64,000 bases of DNA from NCBI GenBank assembly GCA_046318155.1, contig JBKCUU010000011.1:38922-102921 (forward strand). Reading direction: 5' to 3'. This document shows, in pieces, positions 29,514-38,731 of this stretch (position 1 is the first letter of the stretch; every line of letters begins with the position of its first letter). Made by a program: the position numbers and the translations under genes. Under the pieces are notes generated by a model. It was not told the DNA's origin. It made no database searches and saw only the letters and a list, made by a program, of their open reading frames with translations. Source of the DNA: Bdellovibrio sp. GTDB lineage: Bacteria; Bdellovibrionota; Bdellovibrionia; Bdellovibrionales; Bdellovibrionaceae.

Positions 29514-30605
29514 TCAAGTTTGTTCGCGCCTAAAGTAATTCATCTGTCGTCGAATACTCTCCGGCAGTTCAGGAATCTGCGAATGCGGAATCATGAAGCT
29601 GGCAAGGTTCACCAGATCAGAAAAAATTTTGTGTTTTTCTGTTGCTGACTTGAGATACTCGTGACCAGAGCTTCCGCCGGTCCCGATTTTCTTACCCAGC
29701 ATGCGCTGAGCCATCAGGGCGTGTCGGTAGCGCCACTCGGTCATTTTCTCATCGAGATCAATGAGGCAAGACAGCAGGCGAAAGGGCAGTTGCAGAATCG
29801 GTTCGTCGCGGTAGATCTGGATGAAGAGGGCGCCTTGAAGTGCTTTTGCCGAGAATCTCACCAAGCCTTGAGCTTGAAGCTCTTTGTACTTTTCGGGGTT
29901 AAACAAATTAAGATACGTCTGGCGCGTGACTTCAATTCCTTTCAAAGTCTTTTCTTTGTCGGCGTCGTTCAAACGTGGATTGGCGCGCACGACGTCTTCG
30001 TCCGCGGCCAAAACTTTCACAACAGAGGCTTCATAAGAGTTCCAAAAATCAAATCCAGGATCAGATAAAAAAGGTGTCCGCTCGAGCCAGGCTTCAAGTA
30101 GTTCGAAGAGGCTCTTTTGCCCCAGAATCGTTTTCATCGAAGCTTGCTGAGTGGGGTGTAGACTCTTCCAGAAAGGAGACTCGCTGTAGGCCAAGCGTGA
30201 GTCGGCTTGAAGGCCCAGTTTGGTCTCGATCATGCGCCACTGAAAAGATTGAAAGCCACTGGCGGGGTAGAGATAGTCGCGAAAGTCTAAAAAGTCCATC
30301 GGTGTCATGGTCTCGAGAATATCGATTTGCCCAATGGTGTGCGTGATAATGTCGCGAACTCGTTCAAGCCTTGCGACGGCGCGGCCCATTTTCTTTTCAT
30401 CGACTTGCGTGCTGCTAAAGGTTTCGAGGACCGAGTCCAATTCAAAAAGAACTTGCTTGAACCACAATTCATAAGCTTGGTGAACAATGATAAAAAGCAT
30501 TTCATCATGAGCAGGGTTGCCGTAATCTTCGGAGCGGCGCTTTTGCGAACCCAGTAAAGCATCGATCCCAAGATAGTCATGGTAATGGACGGGAGGATAT
30601 TTCAT
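29514..30605 (-). CDS. kynA: Tryptophan 2,3-dioxygenase
   Basis: HDEMLFIIVHQAYELWFKQ, ASGFQS.Q.R, GTGGSSG motifs. Confidence 0.96.
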   Translation of the reverse strand: MKYPPVHYHDYLGIDALLGSQKRRSEDYGNPAHDEMLFIIVHQAYELWFKQVLFELDSVLETFSSTQVDEKKMGRAVARLERVRDIITHTIGQIDILETMTPMDFLDFRDYLYPASGFQSFQWRMIETKLGLQADSRLAYSESPFWKSLHPTQQASMKTILGQKSLFELLEAWLERTPFLSDPGFDFWNSYEASVVKVLAADEDVVRANPRLNDADKEKTLKGIEVTRQTYLNLFNPEKYKELQAQGLVRFSAKALQGALFIQIYRDEPILQLPFRLLSCLIDLDEKMTEWRYRHALMAQRMLGKKIGTGGSSGHEYLKSATEKHKIFSDLVNLASFMIPHSQIPELPESIRRQMNYFRREQT

Positions 30606-31648
30606 TTTGCGAGCTCCTTCATTTTACGGACAAATGATTCGATGTCTTCATGGCTGGTGTCCCAGCTGGTCATGAGTCGACACTCAAAAGTTTTTTCATT
30701 CCAAACATAAAAGAAAGAATGTTCGCGAAGCGGTTTGATCCAAGGCTTCGGCAAGCGAACGAAGACAGCATTGCTCTGAGTGGGGGTGGTGATTTCGACC
30801 TGACGAATTTCCTCGAGGCTGATGCGCAGTTTTTGTGCTTGAGCGAGTGAGTGCTGCGCAATGTCCCGCCAGAGCTCGTCTTTTATGTAGGCTAAAAATT
30901 GAGCGGCCACAAACCTGGTCTTAGAGGGGAGTTGCGCAGACTGTTTACGTATATACTTGTAGGACTCGGCGAGCGTGGGATTCAGGAAAACGACGGCCTC
31001 GCCGAACATCAGTCCGTTTTTTGTTCCGCCAAACGAAACCACATCAACGCCCGTTTCCGTGAGCATTTCTTTGAACGAGGTTTTAAGCGCAACGACAGCA
31101 TTCGCAAGGCGCGCGCCATCAATGTGAACGAAGAGTTTTTCTTGGTGTGCCCACGAGCAAATATCGCGGATCTGCTGGACGCTGTAGCAGGTGCCATACT
31201 CGGTGGGCTGAGTGAGGCTGACTACTCTGGCTTGAGAAAAGTGTTGGTCGCCTCGCCGAACCAAGGACGCTGTTAAAGTGCCAAGGTCCAAGATTCCGTT
31301 TGTGTGTTCAAGCGGTAAGAGCTTGGCGCCGGTAAAAAATTCGGGAGCCCCGCACTCATCAACGTTTAAATGTGAAACAGCGGAGCACAGCACGCTTTCA
31401 AAGGATCGAACACAGGTACTCAAGGCCGTCACGTTGGCGGCGGTTCCATTAAAGACAAAGAACGTTTCGCTCGAAGTTCCAAATAACTTTTGAAACTCGA
31501 GGGTCGCCCGCTGGGACCAATCATCCGTGCCGTAAGCGGGGGCATGATCCTGATTGGCAAGAACGAGGGCCTGCATCAGCTTTGGATGCACGCCCGAGTG
31601 ATTGTCGCTGCCAAAGCTTCTGAGTGCAGTTTTCGGCGAAACTTTCAA
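30602..31648 (-). CDS. ltaE: Low-specificity L-threonine aldolase
   Basis: FGSDN, HIDGARLANA, SFGGTKNG (PLP lysine). Confidence 0.9.
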   Translation of the reverse strand: MKVSPKTALRSFGSDNHSGVHPKLMQALVLANQDHAPAYGTDDWSQRATLEFQKLFGTSSETFFVFNGTAANVTALSTCVRSFESVLCSAVSHLNVDECGAPEFFTGAKLLPLEHTNGILDLGTLTASLVRRGDQHFSQARVVSLTQPTEYGTCYSVQQIRDICSWAHQEKLFVHIDGARLANAVVALKTSFKEMLTETGVDVVSFGGTKNGLMFGEAVVFLNPTLAESYKYIRKQSAQLPSKTRFVAAQFLAYIKDELWRDIAQHSLAQAQKLRISLEEIRQVEITTPTQSNAVFVRLPKPWIKPLREHSFFYVWNEKTFECRLMTSWDTSHEDIESFVRKMKELAK

Positions 31649-32640
31649 GTGGGGCCTCTTGGGGCCCGAAGATCAAGCAGAGTTTGGTACAAGATCAGGG
31701 CTGCGAGCTTGGACGTGCGTTGATCAAGATCCAGAGGGGGCGAGACTTCGTAAAAGCCCATCCCTTTGAGACTAAAGTTTTGTTTCAAAAAATGCAGCCA
31801 AGGCAAGAAAGACTCAATCATCAAGCCAGTCGGATAAGAGGCCGAGCAACCGGGAGCTTCTTTATTGGAGAAAACATCCATGTCCAAACTGATAAAGCAA
31901 GGGCGTTTGGGTTGAGCCATTGGAAAAAAAGCCTTCGGAGTGGCGGCCAGCAAGTCTGCAAGGTCCACGAGTTTTGCACCTTGAGCCTGAGCCCAATCGC
32001 GGTGAGCCTTGGCATTGCAATGGGATTGAAGTCCCAGTTCCCAAAATTCGAACTGTCCTTTAAATTCTTGGAGAAGGCGGCGAAACGGGGTGCCGCTATG
32101 AAACCCCTTACCCAGCGGGCGTACATCCAAGTGCGCATCAAAATTCAGCACGAGCGGGTTTTGTCCATGGTAGGCTTCGACAAATCCCGCCGCGTCCGGA
32201 AAACCGTAATCGTGCCCGCCGCCGAGACTCACGCAAAAGTGACCCTGACTGTGGAGAAGTTTTGCAAGTTCGCGTGCTAGAGCATGGCGGTCATTGAGCC
32301 CGTCCGTGACGCCGTTGTTTGGTTCGTTGTCACGTCCTTGTTGATCCGAACCCGGGAGATTTCCTAAATCTTGAATGGTTCTAGGAAAAGAACCTTTTGC
32401 CGGCGGGGTCATCTTATAAAAAGCACGGCGAATTTCGGTGGGCGCGCTGGCGGCTCCCAAGCGTCCGCCATTGAGTTTAATTCCGTCATCGTCGGGCGCT
32501 CCCCAGATGACAACGCTGGGGTCTTGGGGGTTGGTGCTTAAGTCTTGAGTTCGAAGGCGGCCGGCGAGATCACCAAGTCGGGGATCGTCGGGGTCATTTT
32601 TCGAGTAGAAAAGTTGAGGATCAGCAAGCGTCAGGCGCAT
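31645..32640 (-). CDS. hutG: Formimidoylglutamase (arginase family)
   Basis: NGGR.GA, GGGHD, DAHLDVR, SGTPF, DMD, APGCSA motifs. Confidence 0.85.
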   Translation of the reverse strand: MRLTLADPQLFYSKNDPDDPRLGDLAGRLRTQDLSTNPQDPSVVIWGAPDDDGIKLNGGRLGAASAPTEIRRAFYKMTPPAKGSFPRTIQDLGNLPGSDQQGRDNEPNNGVTDGLNDRHALARELAKLLHSQGHFCVSLGGGHDYGFPDAAGFVEAYHGQNPLVLNFDAHLDVRPLGKGFHSGTPFRRLLQEFKGQFEFWELGLQSHCNAKAHRDWAQAQGAKLVDLADLLAATPKAFFPMAQPKRPCFISLDMDVFSNKEAPGCSASYPTGLMIESFLPWLHFLKQNFSLKGMGFYEVSPPLDLDQRTSKLAALILYQTLLDLRAPRGPT

Positions 32641-32645
32641 GCAGG

Positions 32646-33200
32646 CTAGTTTCGCTTTGGAATCTTCGTGAGTTCAACCTTTTTATAAACTTCGCCGTTC
32701 TCAAGGTTGTAGAAGCGCAAAGTGGCGTGGTCGCGTGAAAGGGTCAGCGACGCTAAGATCACTGATTTTTCGTTGGTAAAAAAGATTTTCCAATCCGTGC
32801 CAGCCGAAGGCGCGATCGAGTATTGCAATTGCGCGCGAGGAGTCATGAGGTTGAAAAACGATTTGTAGATGATCACTTTCTGAAAATCTTTAAAATCAAA
32901 CAGTGACTGGCGGTCGACCGACCATAAACCAAGCAGCGAGCGTAAGCCCACGAAGTCAATCAGGTCCAAATGCAACTCACCGTTGATGAGTTCGCCCTGC
33001 CCTTGGAAGAAATCAAAACTGCCCAATTTTTTCAAGCTCTCGGTGACTTCAGGCTTATTAGGTTTGATGGGGTATCTTGGCGTTGTGCCGTGTTCTATAA
33101 AGTAAGTCTTGCCGCTTTCAATCGACACGAATCCAGAAATCGGACGAGCAAAAGCAAAAGAAGAAAACAGGACAAAGAAGAGAGCAGCCATAATCCTCAT
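32646..33200 (-). CDS. Hypothetical secreted protein
   Basis: Signal peptide ending AFA; 5 bp gap to hutG. Confidence 0.7.
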   Translation of the reverse strand: MRIMAALFFVLFSSFAFARPISGFVSIESGKTYFIEHGTTPRYPIKPNKPEVTESLKKLGSFDFFQGQGELINGELHLDLIDFVGLRSLLGLWSVDRQSLFDFKDFQKVIIYKSFFNLMTPRAQLQYSIAPSAGTDWKIFFTNEKSVILASLTLSRDHATLRFYNLENGEVYKKVELTKIPKRN

Positions 33201-33320
33201 GACGCGCAAGAAACAGGAAAGCTAAAAGAGAGTCAAATGCTGGAGACTGCTGCTCTGTATCAATTAATTTTGTGCGTCATGAGCGTTTGCTTTGTCTGAA
33301 GATTTGGTTACCATTTTATA

Positions 33321-33926
33321 ATGAGCGAGAAGCAGACGACATGGCGAGCGGCTTTCACGAAGACAATCGAAGTGCTTGCGAAGCAAGGCCTGGGCGATCT
33401 CGTCGGCGCCTTTGAATATGAGCTCGAAGTTCAGCAGCTGCGTTTGGATCTCCGCTGGTTTCCTGTGTTTCTCAAAATGCAGAATTGTCCACGCCGCGTT
33501 CAAGAATTGGCGGAGTTCGAGTATTTACGCGCTCAAGCCTACGCGATGGATATGGGGCCCCCGCGCCTTGATCCGGGATTGATCACACTCAATCCTCAGG
33601 CTCAGTTCGTGGAGGTGCATGAACACCTCGATGAGATTGGCCGCGGACCTGGCTTGTATTGCATGGTTAAGTCGGGAGCGCGTTTTTTTGAGATGGAGCT
33701 CTCGCTTCAGCAAGCGTTGCTCCTCGATTTGCTGCGCGAGGATCGCAAGTATTCGCGCGAGCAACTTTTTGATATGGCCGAAATTCACGAGGTGAAGTTG
33801 GGGCTTTCGCGCCAGCAATGGGATGCGACCTTGCAAACTTTGCTCGATCGCGAAGTTGTCGTCGTGGGGCCAGCGGTTGGCGCGCGTGTGAGCGCTCCCG
33901 TAGCGGCCGATATTCAAACTCGCTGA
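33321..33926 (+). CDS. Hypothetical protein, possible remote HvfC/BufC (DUF2063)-like
   Basis: FPVFL...ELAEFEY...LNP pattern; family call is weak. Confidence 0.6.
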   Translation: MSEKQTTWRAAFTKTIEVLAKQGLGDLVGAFEYELEVQQLRLDLRWFPVFLKMQNCPRRVQELAEFEYLRAQAYAMDMGPPRLDPGLITLNPQAQFVEVHEHLDEIGRGPGLYCMVKSGARFFEMELSLQQALLLDLLREDRKYSREQLFDMAEIHEVKLGLSRQQWDATLQTLLDREVVVVGPAVGARVSAPVAADIQTR

Positions 33927-33952
33927 TCAATTAAAATGTCGAATTTGTTTTG

Positions 33953-34879
33953 CTACTGATTCAGAATATCACCTAGCATTTGTAAATGCTGCAAAGGGTA
34001 GCGGCCCAACGAGCTGAGCATCAAGCGTTTGGCCACTTCTTTGCGAGGCACGCCTTCAAAAGTCAGGAGTCGGTCCACAGCATTTGCTGAGGCGACGATC
34101 ACCGAGAGTGGATCCATCTGCGACTCTTTAAGCCCTTGGGGCCAGCCCTTGCCGTCAATGTATTCCTCATGCTGAACGATAATGCTAAGGACGGTCTTAT
34201 CAAAATGCTTTTTAGTTTGGACTTTGCGGCCACCCAAAATGGGATGCTCTTTGTAAATCAGGTGCTCGTCCTCAGACATCTGAGACAGGGGTCTGGCGAT
34301 ATCCAGGCCTGAGTGAAAGTGTTCAAAGTCATGCAGGAGTGCCCCTAAGGTCAGGAGCTGAGTCAGTTTGGGGTCAGTGTTTCCAAGCCGCTTGGCGAGT
34401 GCCGTTGCCAGGGTTGAGACGGTCACGCCGTGGTGCGCGACGTTCTTATCCAAATTTTCGAAGTTGAGAATCTGCCCCACGGCCTTATCTTCTTGAGTTA
34501 AGAACTGCACGAACCGGGCTGCGCCTTCTTTGGCTTCATTGTAGGCTTCGACGCTGTCTGAGTTTTCCATGACCTGCTCGGCATTTGATTGCTGGGCCCC
34601 ATGAATGATTTCAGCACGGGTCTCAAGCGGCTTGCCTGACGTTGAGTCGTAAGCCATATCGATGTTTGACGAAAGATAGCGCCGGTAGTTCCTCTCGGCC
34701 GTCTCCAAGATAAACATTTTTTTTAGTTTCTTTTCTTTGAGGCGCTTGAGCCGAGGGCCTTCGAAGCTATCGCCGGCGCGAACATAAAGAACGAATTTAT
34801 CATTAATTTTAACATAAGCGTCGAACTCGATTTTTTGGTCGCCTCGCAAAGTGCTCACGCGGATAGGCACGTGACTCAT
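33953..34879 (-). CDS. HD-GYP-like protein (degenerate)
   Basis: GALLHD, EHP..G, QHEEYIDGKGWPQGL motifs. Confidence 0.85.
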   Translation of the reverse strand: MSHVPIRVSTLRGDQKIEFDAYVKINDKFVLYVRAGDSFEGPRLKRLKEKKLKKMFILETAERNYRRYLSSNIDMAYDSTSGKPLETRAEIIHGAQQSNAEQVMENSDSVEAYNEAKEGAARFVQFLTQEDKAVGQILNFENLDKNVAHHGVTVSTLATALAKRLGNTDPKLTQLLTLGALLHDFEHFHSGLDIARPLSQMSEDEHLIYKEHPILGGRKVQTKKHFDKTVLSIIVQHEEYIDGKGWPQGLKESQMDPLSVIVASANAVDRLLTFEGVPRKEVAKRLMLSSLGRYPLQHLQMLGDILNQ

Positions 34880-34950
34880 TTTTTTTGCCCTCCTGGACTG
34901 GTCATTGCAAGTTGTCGGTTCTATGCTGGGCATCTCTTAAAGGACATTCA

Positions 34951-35481
34951 ATGAGCCAACCCTGTTCCTCCATTCTAAGAGACTTTCAAGCCGAATCCAA
35001 GACACTCGTGAAGAAAATGGCCGAGATCTTGGATCAGTGCGAAGGAAACTTTTCTCAGGTCCAAAGTCTTGCGGATTTTGGGCAGACGGTTGATCGCATG
35101 ATGGGGGCCGCGCAAACTTTGGCGGCAGAGCCCGCCGTTCCAAATGTGCGACTCTCGCGAGTGGCCGATTGCGCAGCGATTTGTAAATCCGTCGGCTACA
35201 AAGCCTCTAAAATCAAAGACAACGAAACTTTCTATGATATTTGCGTGGCGCTTCTTCAAGATGCCACCGAGGTTATTGAGCAGCTCGTCGAGCATTTGTT
35301 TGATAAGGATGATATCGACATGAAGACCTTGTTTAGTCAAACGCTGATTGACCGTCTGAAGTGGGTGTCCGACCAGTTCGGTGCCGAATACTCGGGCACC
35401 GTTGATGTTCACCAAGGTCAAGAGACCAAGATGAATCAGGCCGACATCGATGAACTTTTGAAGAAATTGGGTTTAGATTAA
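34951..35481 (+). CDS. Hpt-like helical protein with CheZ-like C-terminal peptide
   Basis: DF..ES..L...; FGQTVDRMMGAA at the Hpt H-box position; C-terminal QADIDELLKKLGL. Confidence 0.65.
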   Translation: MSQPCSSILRDFQAESKTLVKKMAEILDQCEGNFSQVQSLADFGQTVDRMMGAAQTLAAEPAVPNVRLSRVADCAAICKSVGYKASKIKDNETFYDICVALLQDATEVIEQLVEHLFDKDDIDMKTLFSQTLIDRLKWVSDQFGAEYSGTVDVHQGQETKMNQADIDELLKKLGLD

Positions 35482-36519
35482 TTTTTTAAGTGTCCAAGTC
35501 GCGAGTTCGCCGAGGTCTTCATCCTGGACCCATTGCTGAACTTCTGGCGCCAAGGCTTGCAGTTTTAAATTTCCAACGACGATGAGGGCATTTCGGCGCA
35601 AGCCTCGCGGACGAGCGCGCAACACGGGCGAGGGACCCAGCCGGCGCTCAATGTCTCGGTTGCTCGCCGTCAGAAAAAAGCGCAGCTCCTCTTCTTGGGT
35701 TTCGGGATCTATGATCGCATCTGACTTGGGTTTTAGCCGCAAGGCTTTTTCGTTCCACGGGCAAACATCTTGGCAGATATCGCAGCCAAAGAAATGCGCG
35801 CCGATTTGTGATCGCAGAGGTTCAGGTGCAACGGATTTGGACTCGATCGTCCAATAAGAGATGCATTTGGTTGCATCGAGCTTTCGCGGATCAATGAGGG
35901 CTCCTGTTGGGCACGCATCGATGCAGCGGGTGCATTTGCCGCAAAAATCAGGAATCAAAGAGATGGCTTGCGGATCGGTCACTTCAAGATTAGTCAGAAG
36001 TTCGGCCAAGAGAAAAAACGAGCCCTGTTCGGGGTGAATCAAACACGTATTCTTGCCTGTCCAGCCGAGCCCCAATTGGCGAGCGAGATCACGCTCAAGC
36101 AGTGGTTTTGAATCTGCGGCGACTAAATATTCAAAGCCTGGGGTCAGTGACTTCAGTTGCTCGGCTAGTTTTGTGAGTCGCTCCGTGAGCCAAAAGTGGT
36201 AGTCGGCCCCTTGTGCGTAGCTTGCAATTCTTAAACCTTGGGGAGTCTCGGGCAACGCTTGGGGGTGGGGCTTGTAGCACACCGCGACCGAGATCAAGCT
36301 GCGGGCTTGGCCAAAGATGCGATTCGGGTGGACCTTCAGGGGTTCGTGCGTCTCGAGATAGGTCATGTCACCATGTCTTTGCTCTTTTAACCAATTGGAG
36401 TAGAATTCGAAGTGGGTGGGCTGAGGAAGTGGTGCCCACGCGAGCAGATCGAAGCCAAACTGTGATTTCCAGTTGTCACTGTTTTCGTGAATAAAATGGG
36501 ACGAAATGGAGGGTGTCAT
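35473..36519 (-). CDS. queG: Epoxyqueuosine reductase
   Basis: G.DYH, GWTGKNT, CGKCTRCIDACPT, CISYWTIE, GCDICQDVCPWN motifs. Confidence 0.95.
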   Translation of the reverse strand: MTPSISSHFIHENSDNWKSQFGFDLLAWAPLPQPTHFEFYSNWLKEQRHGDMTYLETHEPLKVHPNRIFGQARSLISVAVCYKPHPQALPETPQGLRIASYAQGADYHFWLTERLTKLAEQLKSLTPGFEYLVAADSKPLLERDLARQLGLGWTGKNTCLIHPEQGSFFLLAELLTNLEVTDPQAISLIPDFCGKCTRCIDACPTGALIDPRKLDATKCISYWTIESKSVAPEPLRSQIGAHFFGCDICQDVCPWNEKALRLKPKSDAIIDPETQEEELRFFLTASNRDIERRLGPSPVLRARPRGLRRNALIVVGNLKLQALAPEVQQWVQDEDLGELATWTLKKLI

Positions 36520-37735
36520 GAGTCACAAGATTCAAATGTTGATTTCAGATCACTCTGTCACTTTTCAAAAAGCATTACAAGTTCAGAAAGCCTTAACGGG
36601 CGGGGGTTTTACGGCATGGTTTGCCGGAGGCTGCGTGCGAGACGCACTCTTGGGGCGCAGGGCTGCAGACTATGATCTGGTGACGAATGCCTCGGTTCAA
36701 GCAGTGGCCAAGCTGTTTCCGCACACAGTCTTAGTCGGAGAGCAGTTCGGGGTGCTGCGGGTGATCTTTGAAGGCGAAGAGTTTGAGATCGCGCAGTTTC
36801 GAAAAGAATCTGACTATCAAGACGGCAGACGGCCCAACCTCGTCGAGTCGGCGACACCTGAAGAAGATGCGCATCGACGTGATTTGACCGTGAACGCCCT
36901 TTTTTATGATCCAACTGAGCGGGCCGTTTACGACTATGTGGGCGGGCTGGCGGATATAAAGTCGCAAACCCTTCGTGCCGTGGGTGATCCTCTCGTGCGG
37001 TTTCAAGAAGATCACCTGCGAATTATGCGAGCTTTTCGCTTTCGCTCGCAATTAGGTTTTCAGTGGTCTCCCGATTTGATTTTAGCGATTCAGGCGAAAG
37101 TACATTTGCTTTCAAAAGTCAGTCGCGAGCGGGTTCGAGACGAGTATCTGAAGTTGCGCCGGGGAGACGCGTTTGAACTGGTTAAAAAGTCGCTGGTCGA
37201 TTTTGGGCTCTTAAAAACGTTGTTTCCTACTTTACAATTTGATCCCGCTCAATTTGACGTCGTTCCTTCACAGCTTGAAGAGGCGGTTTGGTGGGAGCTT
37301 TCGCTTTGGGCTTTTTTGTCGGGCAGCTCATGGCAATCGTCCGTCGATGAAATTGTAGGCCTTAAGCTCTCCAAACAAGAGCAGCGTTCGCTGGTTCAGT
37401 TTTTGTCGTGGTTTGAGCCCTCTTTAAAGTGGACCAAAGAATCTTTGGGCTCTTTGATTGAAAGAAGCTTTGCGATTGGTGCGCGCGATGGCTTGGTGGC
37501 GTGGCTTGAAAAGAATCACGGCTTGCTCAGTCATGAGCAACGTTTGCGAGAAGGATTGCGCCGGCACTCGCTACCGCCTGCGCCGTGGATCCGCGCGCAA
37601 GATTTGCCTGATCTCAAAGGGCCCGAACTCGGTGCCGAGCTCAAAGCGCTTTATCACCGACAACTTGAAGGTCTCGATGCGGGAGCTGAAGATTGTTTGC
37701 AGGCATGGCGCCAGCGCAAGGACCAGACTCGCTAA
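36518..37735 (+). CDS. cca: CCA tRNA nucleotidyltransferase / poly(A) polymerase family
   Basis: GGCVRD.LLG...DYDLVT, RRDLTVNA, EDHLRIMRA.RF, SRER motifs; GGAGGG RBS. Confidence 0.88.
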   Translation: MSHKIQMLISDHSVTFQKALQVQKALTGGGFTAWFAGGCVRDALLGRRAADYDLVTNASVQAVAKLFPHTVLVGEQFGVLRVIFEGEEFEIAQFRKESDYQDGRRPNLVESATPEEDAHRRDLTVNALFYDPTERAVYDYVGGLADIKSQTLRAVGDPLVRFQEDHLRIMRAFRFRSQLGFQWSPDLILAIQAKVHLLSKVSRERVRDEYLKLRRGDAFELVKKSLVDFGLLKTLFPTLQFDPAQFDVVPSQLEEAVWWELSLWAFLSGSSWQSSVDEIVGLKLSKQEQRSLVQFLSWFEPSLKWTKESLGSLIERSFAIGARDGLVAWLEKNHGLLSHEQRLREGLRRHSLPPAPWIRAQDLPDLKGPELGAELKALYHRQLEGLDAGAEDCLQAWRQRKDQTR

Positions 37736-37919
37736 ACGATGTTGCTTGGCAGCGCAAAATATTTTTAACCAAACTGGAACCTCGAAGAAACATAATAAGT
37801 CCACAGCCACAATGATTTTGTTTTATTCTCGAGGGAAATTCAGTTCCAGCAAGAGTTGCCTGGGGGTAGACACCCCTCCCTTTGGCGGTCTAGTTTTAAA
37901 AAAGACATTTTCAAACCCC

Positions 37920-37948
37920 TTGCGAAAGGCGGGCATTGTTGTCAGACT
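37920..37948 (+). promoter_or_regulatory. Probable sigma70 promoter of the luxR-like gene
   Basis: TTGCGA-N17-CAGACT. Confidence 0.5.
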
Positions 37949-37954
37949 TTGAGA

Positions 37955-38183
37955 CAGGAAAGCAACTGTACGGACTCAACTTCAGACCGTAAAGAGCTCT
38001 CAAATCAAGACCCTTGTCAAGGAACGACAAGGTTTGATGGCGAGAGTCGCGTTTCTCAGATCGAAAGCTGCAAGGCCGACGTTCAAATGGTCATGAAACA
38101 AAAGTTCAAACAAGAAAGTTTGAGTTTCACTAACCAAAGATACCGGTGGAAGGTGTCTGTAACATAAAAGGAAGGGAGCACGG
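37955..38183 (+). other. Long structured 5' leader with GGA motifs
   Basis: Hairpins at 37997-38046, 38094-38129 and 38138-38158; seven GGA trinucleotides, two in hairpin loops. Confidence 0.45.
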
Positions 38184-38588
38184 ATGCTCAGAGATGTCCT
38201 AATTCAAAAAGGTCTTTCGAATCGTGAGGCAGAAGTTGCAGAGCTGGTTTCGAAGGGTCTATCTAACAAAGAAGTCGCAAATCAACTTTTTGTCACTGAA
38301 AAGACTGTGAAGTTTCACCTCACGAATATTTATAAAAAAATGAATGTGAAGTCTCGTGCACAGTTGATTGTATGGTGTTTGCCTCATTTGGGATTCGTCG
38401 AAAACGAAACTCAAAAAGAAACGCCGATTCAAGCGTCAGCGAACAGTGCTTTTGGCGCGACGACGATCCCTGCTGGCGCAGCCACAGTTGGCGGTTCTGC
38501 AGTTCAAACGATTATTCCTGGTCGCAGCAACGATATCGGCAGTAACAACCGTGGTGGTAACTCCGATATGGGCGCAATGGGCCTCTGA
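38184..38588 (+). CDS. Standalone LuxR-family HTH regulator
   Basis: LSNREAEVAELVSKGLSNKEVANQLFVTEKTVKFHLTNIYKKMNV; low-complexity tail. Confidence 0.93.
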   Translation: MLRDVLIQKGLSNREAEVAELVSKGLSNKEVANQLFVTEKTVKFHLTNIYKKMNVKSRAQLIVWCLPHLGFVENETQKETPIQASANSAFGATTIPAGAATVGGSAVQTIIPGRSNDIGSNNRGGNSDMGAMGL

Positions 38589-38671
38589 TCCGCTACCGCG
38601 GCTCATCTATTGGTTGGGAATCTTCTTGCGGAGCTTCCTGATCATCAGAGATCTAAATTTTTCTGTTTTTA

Positions 38672-38699
38672 GAAATCCCCTCACGGGGATTTCGCATTT
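38672..38699 (+). terminator. Probable intrinsic terminator
   Basis: GAAATCCCC-TCAC-GGGGATTTC perfect 9-bp stem; weak U tract. Confidence 0.55.
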
Positions 38700-38731
38700 G
38701 TGGAATTGCATCTTTGTGGGAGCATCAGTTT

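Noticed and set aside
37905..37945. CAAACCC...GAAA..GGG resembling a c-di-GMP-I riboswitch
   Set aside because: Lacks the GGCAAA and GACGCAAA elements and proper stem pairing; better explained as a promoter
37856..38167. 103-aa ORF upstream of luxR
   Set aside because: TTG start, no RBS, spans the predicted promoter; non-coding leader preferred
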